DNA of 64,000 bases, taken from contig NW_002060945.1 in assembly GCF_000150275.1 (NCBI RefSeq), forward strand, positions 3,805,172-3,869,171, read 5' to 3'. Of this stretch, positions 44,010-57,100 are shown in pieces (the first letter of the stretch is position 1; every line of letters starts with the position of its first letter). Source of the DNA: Trichoplax adhaerens. Lineage: Eukaryota > Animalia > Placozoa. The notes below the pieces were generated by a model. That model saw nothing but the letters and a program-made list of their open reading frames with translations. It had not been told where the DNA came from and searched no databases. The position numbers and the translations under genes are program-made.

Positions 44010-44830
44010 CCAGTACTGTACAGATAAAGTCTATACAAAGTAGAAACTAGCTCATCACTATACTGCACGGTATACTATATTTTTACTATACTGTACTGTA
44101 TCTCAGATCACATTTCCCTGCGTGCATGCAAATATAGACTACAGTACAGTACAGTATTGATATTGAACATTACAATTAATGCCGGAGGACACTTTATGAC
44201 AAGTATTACAATCCGTATTGTACAGCACTGTATTTACCATTTACCTCCATATGCACCCTTATCGAAAAGTTCACACTTTAATAATACTAACATCTGTCAT
44301 CTACTATAATCAGATGTAAACAAGACTAGTGGTACGTGATACAGAAAAAGAGTGCTGGATTGAAGATTTTCTGATAGCCGTAATAAATCTGGTACGTAGT
44401 GCTAAAGAGCTAAAAGCGCATAAAAAATTTGTAAGAATTGCATATCGATTGAACCACTTCAAAGCAGAAATCGCTCATTTTACCTTGCGCTACTGCAATA
44501 ATAACGAAGCATAGTACAGTATTGCAATAACTACTGCAATAACAAAGTATTGTATTGTAGTCCATGACCGAGTGGTTACTGGAGTACTGTACTGTACTGT
44601 ACAGTACAGTATTCAGACTAAAATACGGACGTGGTCGGTACAAGCGTACATGGTACGCTGGCATAGCCATGCACTGTACTGTACGTAAGGGAAAACTATG
44701 CAGATTCACTACCGTACACGTACTGTAGAACTGTAAAGTACTGTAATGTTCTACAGTACAGTAGTGTACAGTACGTAGACCAGAGTACTATAGTGTACTG
44801 TACACTGTACAGTACAGTACTGCACTGTGC
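44010..44830 (+). promoter_or_regulatory. DMXL upstream region with ACAGT islands (~44010-44230, ~44580-44830)
   Basis: Dense ACAGT/TACTG ending ~280 bp before the ATG at 45110. Confidence 0.6.
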
Positions 44831-45109
44831 CTAAACTACCCTAATTTCGTAACCGATTCCAGTTAAATACAGAACTGATGTAGCAGTTAATTTAAGCACG
44901 GCAACTCTCCAGTCTCCATACAGTACAGTATAATAATTTCGCAGGAAGTCAAGGTTGTCACATGATTTGATATACAGTACCCGTAGATTGATAAAATGGT
45001 GAATGAACGTATGTCTCCTTAGCTAGCTGATTCCATCGTTTCTATCCACCATTTACTATTATTAAAGGTTTTAGCTGCGTTAACCTAAGTTATCCTTTAA
45101 GCAAGAGAA

Positions 45110-48100
45110 ATGAGAGAACATCAGGTTTTAACGGGCACGGCTAATCTAGGTGATAGCACAGTGTCTGTAGGCTACGTCGACGGCATTGCAATCGTGGTAA
45201 GTAGTGAGACGACAGAAATATGTAGGTTGATATCTTCTTTTCTAATTCAGCCCGATTGACTTCTTGGGCGAGCATATTTACTTCAATATTTTCTGAAGCG
45301 GCATATGGATACTGCAGAATTTTACCTGAGAATTGAAGCAATTATTGCACATTAAGATCTTGTCATTAATGGAATAGTAGCTAAACTCATTATTGCGATA
45401 TATTGAAATCAATTTTCTGGCCGTATACCAACTGTACTACTTTGGCTCGTGCAAATTCGTAAATTAATCAGTCACCATTGATTCAGCATTACTGTCCATA
45501 ATCACTACGTGATTTGGGTATGACTAACTGCAAATGAATCTATGTAACGCTTGCATTTTTATGTATAGTGTGTTGCTTATATTTTAATCATTGCTTAGAT
45601 AAAATCAATACAGTTGAATACCTGACTACAGTAATTAAAATCAACAGTGTGAACCATGTTGAATCCCACTACAGTACAGTGCTTATCTTTATTAATTATA
45701 ATTATCACACGATTCAAATACTGTATTAATTCACTCTCTTTAGCCAGATTACAGTACTCATACTTGTTTCATTTCTATTAATTTCTCTTCTCATATTCTA
45801 CGATTTTGGTGTTTATTTGGACCATGATAGGCATACGCTTCTGGTTGTGATGTTGTCATTTTATCTGGCCAATTTCAACGTATTCAGACCATTGCTGACC
45901 TGCATCCTAGTATCGCTCTGATATCTTGCTTGCGTTGCGCTGAAGTTGGAGGCAAGGTAAATATATTACGCCATGATTAATGCAATGAATATTTACTTAC
46001 TTTCAAAGAATTATCAATTTCTTATATAGCTCTATATATTTTATTGCTACAATATGGATATCATCATATCAGTGAGGTATCGTAGTGTACTTGAACGTAA
46101 ATGATCCTCATAGTTGTATACCGTACAATATTACATGAGTGCTATTTGACATGAGCCTTATTACAAATATTGTTTGACATACCCAGTCGTAACTGTAATT
46201 TCGAGTCATACATTGTGATACTCGTATATAGAAATATTGATGACTGATACTACAGTAACTTTTTTGATATTTGAAAGCCTTATTATTCCTAAGATATATT
46301 CAAAAAATGAATTATTATACTTCAACGATATATACGCTAGGAAGTAATCTCTTTGATTTTCTTATACAGATCGCTGTGGGAATCGAAAATTGCGTTTATA
46401 TTATTGAACCTAAACTAGTATCTTCTAAGGATATAGCACGGGTAAGCCTACATATGTGGTACAATAATATACATAGGTATACAGCAATTTCATAAGCAGA
46501 GATAGCTTTTGATAGCATGTTTCCGTTGTACAGCTTGCTAATACGGTGCAGTACGAGTAAACTTTACTGTAAAGTTGTATCCCTTCAAAACATAGACAAC
46601 TACGTATCAATCATAAGAGGACTTATGCTGCAGTATGGCATGGCCTCCGATGAAATACGCTACATGTAGTATCCGAATGTCATTCAATGTATATTATCAT
46701 AGTCTTCGAGCTAGCTACAATAGAAAATATTTGTACTCGTAGTAGATATTTCTATAGGATGTATAGTATAATTTATTTATATTTAGAACCCTTGATGTAA
46801 TATCAACAGAATAAACGATTTTATATTTTACTACGGTAATATAATTTTATATGCGCTCTACGTAGGACACTGCATCATACTTTTGGGAAAAAGCTGCAGT
46901 TATTACTACCGAAAGCAACGTAACGAACTTGCGTTGGACTCGTGATGGTAAGCTTAGTTATACGATAGGATTCGGTTTACAAGCAACATCGATACAAGTA
47001 TTACAGTAGATCCTTCAATTTTAGCGTCTAGGCTATTAATTGTAAGCGATGTCTTGCAAATGTGGAGTACCGATTTGGGACACATATATGAAGATTCTAC
47101 AGATACTGATGACGCTCTTACTTGGAAATGTATTTGGCATTACAGGCATGTCGTTTATAAATAATTTGACGGGTTATAATCGTAGCCAGAAGTGCAGTTT
47201 TATTCTTTCTTCATAAATTATCATTCGTTTACTTCAAATTCTGTCATTTTTAATAGAGATTGCATAATAATATGTTATGCTGATTATATCTAGGACTATT
47301 GCACCTATTCGACTCGTGGAGTTCTCTCCAGATGATGAACTATTTGCTACTGCAGGCGAGGTAATAATAAAGTATGAAAGAGAAGAATTTATTGCATGTT
47401 CATTATTGTCAATATAGGCGAGAGCATTGCCAATATTACGGTTAACATTGTTTTAAATTTATTCATTTATTAACACATAACCATTACCATAATCGGTATC
47501 TTTTATTTTAAAATAATGCAAATCCTAGGACGACTGCATGGTGAAAATATGGTATAGTTCTAAAGATTCAAATGGTTCTTCGGATGAAAGTATGTCACTA
47601 TATTTATGGTTATTTTATAATTAATTATTGCTTCTATATGCTATTCATACTAACGAAATTCTCTTGGTTGCCTTTCAACCCCCTTTCAATATTATATTTA
47701 TCGTAGCTCATGCTTCTTCAGCGGATACTAGATACAGCTTCATATATATTACGCATCCTAGAGCAGTTACTGGATTCTCTTGGCGAAGCACCAGTAAACA
47801 CATGTTAAAGTAAGTACAGTGATGTGAAGATAAGTTTTTATTTATTATTACTCGACTATAAGCACAGTACAGTTGTGTTCTTAATATATATCGATACTGT
47901 CTTATTACTTTAATAGAAAAACCGTAGCCAATGTTCTACTTACATGTTGTATGGATGATATATGTCGAATTTGGAAAGAAACCCTGCCTTATTATCATCC
48001 ATTAGAGCACCAATCCCAGGAAATATCGGATAAAAATCCTTCAATCCATATAGGTAACTCTCAGCGCCCTGGTAATACTTCTGATGGAGAAATAAGAAAA

Positions 48101-51100
48101 AATGATGTAGCATCCCCTGTATTACATTTTCATATCGCTGCCAGTATTCATCCTAGCAACGATATGCCATTACTTCCAGCTATTACTCCTAAATCTGGTT
48201 CTAATAGTAATAAAGCGCCGTTCATCCTTCATTGGCTTAACAATAAAGAACTCCAATACTCTATCTCCTTTGAAGCAATTACGACGACCATTGCAGAATC
48301 TAGTAGCACTGATTCTGGTATAGAGTCAGCTGCTAAGGGAAAGAAAGGAGCTACCAGCAAAGATCGCCTTAGTATTCCTTCTGGAACACAGGGCGAAAAT
48401 GAAGAATTCTCTGACTATGAAGGTGCGCAAGACGATGATACCCCTGAAGATACTGCTACTGATAAATTACAACCGTCAAATGATATTTCACTCAATACTG
48501 ATAAATCCAACAAAAAGTGGAAAAGAATCAAGAAAAGGGGTGGTAAGAAGGCTCTCGAATATTTTAAGGTCCACAAAAGACAAAGTCGTGATATCACAAG
48601 TCTATTCGGTAGCGGGCGGACCTCATCTGTTAGTATACCTACCTCTAATGTATCTGCGCTTAATTCTAATCAGATGAAAATTAATGAGCTCAATCGCCAA
48701 TGGAATCAGAGTACTGATTCACTATTTTGTATTCATCCAAAAGATGGCTCTCTTCTGGTATGGCTTATTGAATGGCTGGACGATATTGCTCCATCTTGTT
48801 ATCGTCAGCCGCACGTTAGCTTTTCATCGCGCATACCGAATGCTGTACCTACTGGCGATTCCTGTACACTGTCCCAAAAGTTATGTATTTACAGAACTAA
48901 TAAACAATCAACCGTAAGAGATAGTAGAATTAAGCCAAACTTAAGGAGGGCTAGATCATTATCTACTCAAAGGTTGAATCTATTGTCTAGAACGGCTTCT
49001 GTACAGCGTGTTGATGCATTATCAGCTCTTTATTCTCTAAGAAGTGATTCTACTGTTGATATTGTTATGATAACAACTCATTCTGATGGTACAATGAACA
49101 AATGGCATGTTGGATTTGCGGATAATTCATACTATAACACAATAACTAGTTTAACTCATGGTGCTCGATGCTGTGGATCGCGCTTTCATACCGATTCCGT
49201 TTATTGCCATCCAGTGTTACCGTTATTACTTACAGTATCACATCAAAAAGACAATGCTAGGAAAAATTCTAATAGTAATAATATCATCACTGATACAAGT
49301 CTTAAAAGTTCGGATGAGGAGAAATATACTAAATCAAGTGAACTCATGCTATGGCGAGTTGATTGTGTAGGCCCAATGTTTCAAAGTGGTGGATTGTATG
49401 AATTAGCTCGGATACAATCTAGTCGATGCTCAGATTTTGTTGCTGTAGCTTGGCTACCGTCGTTACTATTTAATTCGCCCTTATCAACCTCCAGTATGTC
49501 TCTCTCAATAGTTTCTGCAACCCCGTGTGCTTGCTTTGTTGCATGCGATCGCCGATCAATTAAGTTTTATCAAGCAATTCTGGATGCGCAAGCGATGTTA
49601 ACTGCTGCTCATGATGTTCATAACCAAATACGCGATGGTTACATGACAACCAAGAAAGAAACTTTTGCTACACTTCCCGGTTATGTTGATCCACATTTTA
49701 TTGACAGCATAGTCAGTTTACAATCTGGGAAGCAGCCTGGTTGTATCCTTGAATTATGCACATTAAATGATTCCAATTGCAAATTATCCGACCCAATCTT
49801 TCTGCATGTATTTTCTGAGAGTTCGTTATTTGGTCCAAGAGTAACTCAGCATGGAAATGATATTGGCCAACGAGCTAATGAGCATTATTTCGTAGTTGGC
49901 TTAGAAAACATTAAGACCAACGATAATAAAATCAAAACTATGTTATACATGTGGCGCATTTTAATTATTACTGAAGTCGAACCATTAAAGAACAAGCAAA
50001 ACAATGCTGAAAAGTCAGATCAAAATGTGTTCAAGTTTACCGAAAGTGCGATAGAGTCGCTAGAATTATCAACTGAGTCAACCGTATTTGACAATACGCC
50101 TAAAACTCCAATGTTTTTGTCATCAATGCACACATCTGCTTCTATCCAATCTTTAAAAGTGTACGAGAAAGAGTTGGATTTGCCCCCTGATGTCTATGTA
50201 ACAGAAGCCTCTGCTTCTAGTGACACGTTTATTACGTCTGCAATTCAGATATCTTCAAAACCGAATTACCTAATTTTAACGACTTGTAGTGATAGTGTGA
50301 CAAGATTTTGGAACTGTGCCTCAGTTCTTGAGAATCCACAAGATATCACTCCTAGTGCGTATGAACCATTTTTATGGTATATGTGGAGTGCTAGTCGCCT
50401 ACATGATCCAGCTTCTACAGCATCCAATAAAAGGCTTGTTAATTGTTCAGCAAATGGCAAAGTTGCTTGCTTAGAGGAGATGATGTCGGATAGTAACAAA
50501 TCCGATTGGGATGTTAAGGTATCTATATGGGAATGTGAATCAACTGGTTCATCCGTATGGATTTTAGATGATTCATTATACTTGTCAGATTATGGATTAC
50601 AGTCTATGCCATTAATAGCCAATTCTGATAATGATCTCAGTTCTCAAGACGAAAACGTAAATTTGAACTTGTGCTGGTCACCTTGTGAAGATGGTAAATT
50701 CTTACTAACAGTTGCCGTAGCTTCAAAGGTATTTATATTTGCGGAGTCTCTCATTCCTCCGTATAGTATTGGTGAATTATCAAGTAAAAGTACAGCATCG
50801 TCATTAAATACGCCTAAGGCATCGCCTTCTGCTGTATCGCCTGTCGTTCCTGCAAGCTGGCAAAAAACGAGTACTACTGCAACGCAAATCAAGCCTGTTA
50901 AACATCGTTGGTCAATAATTCGTGAAGTAAATATAGATGCATACACTCTTTATAAGTGTCCACTTTCCATTGATTTACTGACATGGGTTAGAGACGGTAT
51001 GTTGATTATTGGATATAACAAGGAACTTCATGTATTTTGCCAGTGGAATGAGAGAAACCCATCTTATGAGAAAGTATCTGTGCCTGGTGAAAATGTAGCT

Positions 51101-54100
51101 TTTGCTACTAACGATGAAGACAGTACTGGACTATTTGAGAAGGCTTGGTTTACAATGCCTATACTACCACAGTATCATCCACACCAACTCATTGAGTTGA
51201 TCAAATGTGGAAGAATTCGTCGTGCTCGTGCGATTCTAGCTCATCTCCTGAAATGTGTCGCTGGCGCTGAAGCTACTTCTGTAGCGATAGGTGCTGGTGA
51301 TGAAACCCAGCGATCTCGTCAATTTAGCACAGATAGTAACGGTAGTCACAATAAATCATTTTCATTTAGTAGGAGTAGGAACGTAAGTACCAGCAGCTTC
51401 AAGGGTATTAATCCCGATGGTGATATAGAAGAAGAAAGAACGTTATCATTCTTACCTTTGCCTTTACACTTATTACTTCAAGCAGATCAGGAAAATTATA
51501 AGAAAGTAAGATATCTTACTTAGAATAGCACTTTTGCTGCAGTAGATTTGATAGAATTAGATTAATAATCTTTGTTGTTCATTCATTAATTTTTGATAGT
51601 TATGTAAGTTGGAAGGTGAGAAAGGGGTTGATAGCGCTGCAGGGTTCATGGATATAGACGATTACGATATGTTAAACTATGACGAGAATCCAAGTGCCTT
51701 GTCAAGTTCTCCTAAAGGTGATGATATGGTAGCTAATAAAGAACTAGCAGAAAATCAGACGCTAACTCAGATTCGACAAAAGAGTTTAACGTATTTTGGA
51801 GTAGCACAAGCGAAACTACTCGCTTCTAGTCTGGCTAAAATGCAACTCCCTGGTTTAACTAGCCTTGATCAACTATACCTGTTAACACTAGCTGAAGATA
51901 TTGGATCAATTAAAGTTGAAATTGGAGCATTTTCTCATCAAGATAAAGATGAAGAAAGTACGTTTCAAACTACTAATCGAATGACAGCAGCAAGTTCCTT
52001 TACTAGTAGCGATGGTGGTGGTTATGCTAATGTAGACAGATTGTCGTCTGGAAGTGGAGTTGAATCTGTTGATGATTGTGGCCTTCGGTTCCTTTTAGCG
52101 ATGAGATTGCATATAGCACTGAATCGTTCTTTACCTCCACGCTATCGGATGTCATTAGACAAACAGATGTCTACATCTAATTTTGCTTGGGCATTTCATT
52201 CTACTTCTGCTGAAGATTTGGTCGCTCTTATACCTGCTGTTCATCGTGGCGATCCCTCTTGGGAAGAACTTCGAATGGTTGGTGCAGGTTGGTGGATCAG
52301 GAGTAACGATCTTTTAAGGCGATGTGTAGAAAAGGTCAGTAACATATATTAGGGATCGCAATATTTACCAAGATATTTCTTAAATACTTCTTTCCTGTTA
52401 AATTGTTTAAAGGTTGCAAGAACTCAATTTAATGCCAATCAAAATCCGTTAGATTGTGCGTTATTGTATTTGGCGATGAAAAAAAAGAGTTTAATAACAA
52501 ACTTGTTTAAGTATGCCATGTAGATTACTCTGTACCTTATTGGTTTACATATGAAATGACTGATTAATATTATAAGCATCATTTTTTCTCGTATAGAACG
52601 GTTCAGGATAGCAAGATGACCCAATTTTTTGCTCATAACTTTGCCGAAGACCGATGGAGAAAGGCAGCTTTAAAAAATGCTTATGTTCTTCTTGGACAGC
52701 AGCGTTTCGTGGTCGCTGCGGCATTCTTCTTACTTGGTGGATCTCTATGGGATGCTGTGGAAGTCTGTTTGAATCGATTAAACGATTACCAATTAGCACT
52801 TGTTATTACAAGATTACATAGTGGTGATGACTGTAATAGTAATCAGACTTTATATCGGATCTTAAATGAATACGTATTAGGCAATGCTGATGACAATGAA
52901 GGATTACGAGATCCTTTCTTACGTAGTATTACCCATTGGTGGCTTAAAGACTATGCTATGTCATTAAATATTCTCCTCGATACTGTTAGTTCTAATGAAA
53001 TTGACAGTGCAACTGGTTACGAAATCGTAAATCCTGATATATTTTACCTATATTATTATTTGCGACTTCATCCAGTAATTAAGAAGACTCGATTTGCTGC
53101 AGTTCCAGCATCCCTTCAACAGCCTAGTTCTGCAACAAGTGCTATCTTATCGAGAAGGGCATTATCTAAACCTAACAACAAGCCACTACTGTCGATTGTT
53201 ACAAATACTAATGCAAAATCCTCTTCAGTAGGTATTGGCGAAGATGGTTTATTATATAGGAAAGAGCGCCGACTATTCTTTGCTGCCGCTAACACTCATT
53301 TTAAAACAGGTTGTCCGGCTTTGGCATTAGAGATTCTCTCACTCTTGCCTGATACGCTTAAAGATGGTAGGAATGGTCGTCAAACTATTAAGGCAACTTC
53401 AGTAGTATTATCACCTGCCCCTAGTAGTAGCGTACCAAACGAAATTATTCATACTGGTACATTCGGCACATTCGATTTCAATGATGGAAGTCAGCTACCT
53501 AGTACCTCAGCCAACAAAACTTCCAATGCTACTGACTTCGATTGGAGCCAGCCGGTATCGACTCAGCTTGAGAAAAAAACAAATAACTTTGACTACAATC
53601 AAACTACTTCAGATAAATCGAATGATAATGCCGCCAGCTTTGACTGGAGTCAGCCTGCTTCGGATACATTACAAGATAAGGGGAGCGATTTTGATTGGAG
53701 TCAACCAGTATCTAATAAAATTAATGATACTGAAGATACATTTGATTGGAGTCAACCAGTATCCAATAAAATTAATGACACTTCAGATACACTTGATTGG
53801 AGTCAACCTGTATCATCAAAATTGACAGAAGATCTAGATATGGAAAGCTATACAACCGGTCCAGACCTGAAAGTGACAAATGCCAGTGGTGTTGAGATTG
53901 ACAATGATACTAATATTAATAAAGAAGATCAAGAACAGATTGGAGATACAAGTAAAAAGACGATAGAAGACAGCATGTTAGAACATTTAAAATTTTTTGC
54001 TTGCCTGAGAATATTATTAGAAGAACTAAGGGCTTTACCTGCGGATTGTGAAATTACAGGAAATACCAACCGTTTAAAATCCAGGCTTACTGAATTCTTA

Positions 54101-57100
54101 AAACAGGAATTCGATGCCTTAGCTGCATTATGTGATTACTCCGGTGGTAATAAGGCAGAATTTGCTACATTAGAAGTAACTGATGATGACAAGCAAGCTG
54201 AGGATACGAACGATACCGTAAATCAAAATAATGCAAGCAATACGCTTTCTGTTAATATTTCAGAAGATACATTATCTCACAAACGAGCAGTTGCTATAGA
54301 AAGGAAGAAATGGTTATTACGAAATCAAAAGTTGCTAGCAGCATTACTAAACTATTGCACTCTACATGGAGCAAATAGTTCAGGATTAACTACGATAAGG
54401 ATGGGTATACTATTATTGCTTCATGAATCGCAACCTCTTTCGCAACAACAACAACAGCGTTTGTCGCTAATACCTCCGTCAGAAGTTCCCCCTTTAGTAA
54501 CGTCAACATTGTCTTCCTCTCCGTTATTTACCAACCCTATCTCACTAATTCGTTCCCTAACTAAAGATATTTTATTACCTCTATCGCAACTGAAGATGCC
54601 ACCCAGCCCTGATCGTCCTGTGGGATCAATATCTGTACTGCTATCATTAAGTAGTACGTTGTCTTCGTGCATTTATCAATGCTTATGTTGCGATGTCTTT
54701 GACGGGGAACAGGACCGCCACACGTTCAGTAGTCAACCATCCTCTCCTATCTTTAAGATAGCCTCATTTGAAAGTAATAATCGCCTCGATATGATCGAAA
54801 AATATCCATATTCTCAACCTAGCAAGTGGCCGGGTATGCAGGCATTGCGATCTCTCTTGTCTCGTGATGGTGCCGAAGAATCAACTGCGTTAAGAGTTCT
54901 ACTGGTAGAGTGCTCTGTAGCAGTATATCTTACTTTGTTGGCTTCAGCATGGTCGGAGCATCTGCCAAATCAATTATTTCGTCTTATTGGTAATCCTTTA
55001 AGCGATAAAATGTGGTTAAAAGTATTTGGTGGAAGCGTAAAACTAACTCCAAAATCAACACAGAATAGTAAACCTCCCGGACATATTGATACTGCACGTC
55101 GACGATTTAATTATAAGGTATTTCAAAGTAGTGGAGATGCGGTAGACCATAAAAATACTCGTTCTGAAAAGTACATACCCCCGCAACTTCATCTCTTGGA
55201 ATATTTCCTGACTAAGGTAAGCTGCTTACTTTATTCTATTATGAAGTACACATTTTTAGCGTATGAAGCTTTATGTATGATCTGCTGTGTATAATTTAAT
55301 ATTTTGAGAAGTAATTATTCCTAATGTCCAAATTTTGTTAACTTTAAATAGCCCGACATGACAGATAAGGAAATAAACTATGATTCTCAAGAGTCCGACG
55401 AGGAAAGCTGTGATGAACTTTCCGATGTTTACGACGATGATATTGACGGCGGATCGGATACTGAAAAAGAAGTGCAAGATCAAGCAAGATATGATAGCTT
55501 CAGTTGGGCGCTAATGAATTATGCAATTATTAAGTTTGTTTATAATAAATTTCAAACTCTATTAACTGTCGCTGGAATCGAGCTTTCAGGTTTGAAGTGT
55601 ACTTGTCTTAGAATTACGTAATGAATACTATAGTTATTTTAACTTAATGTTGGTAACGTTGTATTTCTTTAGAATTACCTAGCTCGTCGTTGCTGTTATT
55701 TAATACGATGAAAATGCTAGAGCGCTGGCAACGCGTGCTATTGGAAAATTTGGAGGCTTTCAACGGTCCGCCGTCTAATTTCATCAATTTTGTCGCTACT
55801 CCAATCCAAGAGGATAAATCGCGAGATGTTGCAGTTTTTAAGTACAAAGGCCTCCTTGAGCCTTTAAACACACCTTTCAGGTAAATAGATTACAAGAGTT
55901 AAAAATTATGCCGTTATGCTTGCATATAAACCTTAAGCAATTTCGTTTTAGTGATAACCGAAAGGCAGGTGCCGAGGGAAGACTGTGGAAATGTTTACTG
56001 AAAGAGACTCTAAGTGTCTTTGTTGATTACGTTTTCCGACAGCAAACAGGAACAGATAGTACTGTAAGTTACGAAGTAGTAGCATATTCGTACGATAAGA
56101 TATACCTAAGTTACGAAAGAATTTTAATTGATACAAAATAAAATTAGCCGTTACGAAATTGAAGATTTAGTTGCATCCATTAGCAGCATGATTTAAATAT
56201 TGCCGTATTTTTCTTATCATGTCAATTTTCATAGGATCAAGAGAGTTGTAACACAGAAAGTACGAATACTACCGGAAATAATGCTGGCAGCAGTGGTCAA
56301 GATGAAGAAATTGTACTATTCAAGAGCGCCGAAGCTATGAATTCATTTTCTTTAAATAACGGGAATCGTAATTGTATAGTCGTAGCTGATAAAGAGGATC
56401 TAATTGAACTTGACGTATCACCGATATTATGTCCAGATACATCCACTTGGATTGATGATAATGATGGTCTCGCTAATCAAGGGTAATATTTAAAATTGAT
56501 TTCATATTTTGAGAAGAGAAATTGAAATTTCTTAATATGTATATGATTAATGTCTTCCTCCTGTGCTAAATTTTTAGAACTGGATCTTCCTTGAGTCTAT
56601 CAGGAGCGGATGAATTCGTTATTATTAAATCAAATAATCAATCTTCTGTAAATTTTGGTTCGCATAGACAGTCTCAGGCTTTCTTACCTATTGCATCCGA
56701 TACATCGGAATCTCTGCAATGTGGGAAAGCAACTAATGTGGTATGACTACATTTTTGCTGCATGCTTTATACACATTGTCTAAACAGGTGCTATCAATTA
56801 TTTCTAGCTTTTGAAGAGACCATCCCAATTAGCGCGTAGAACAGATTCACACCCGCAGCTACCATTCTGTGAGTATCGTATAAGATCCTGGTCTAAAGCA
56901 ATCATAAGTCTCGTAAAATGTTATATAAAATACAGAATAATAATAGTCTATTGGTCAAAAAATAGATATTTCTGGCTCACAAGATGGCAGTGTTCGATTA
57001 TGGGAATATGGTCATGCTCGTTGTTTATCCACTGCTAGAAAATCTCTCAGTCATTCTTCGCCTGTAACTGGAATTCATTTTACGCCTCAAGGCAATAAGG

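Noticed and set aside
53690-53820. Regularly spaced repeats resembling a CRISPR array
   Set aside because: In-frame coding repeat within a eukaryotic exon; the intervening segments are homologous to each other; no cas genes.
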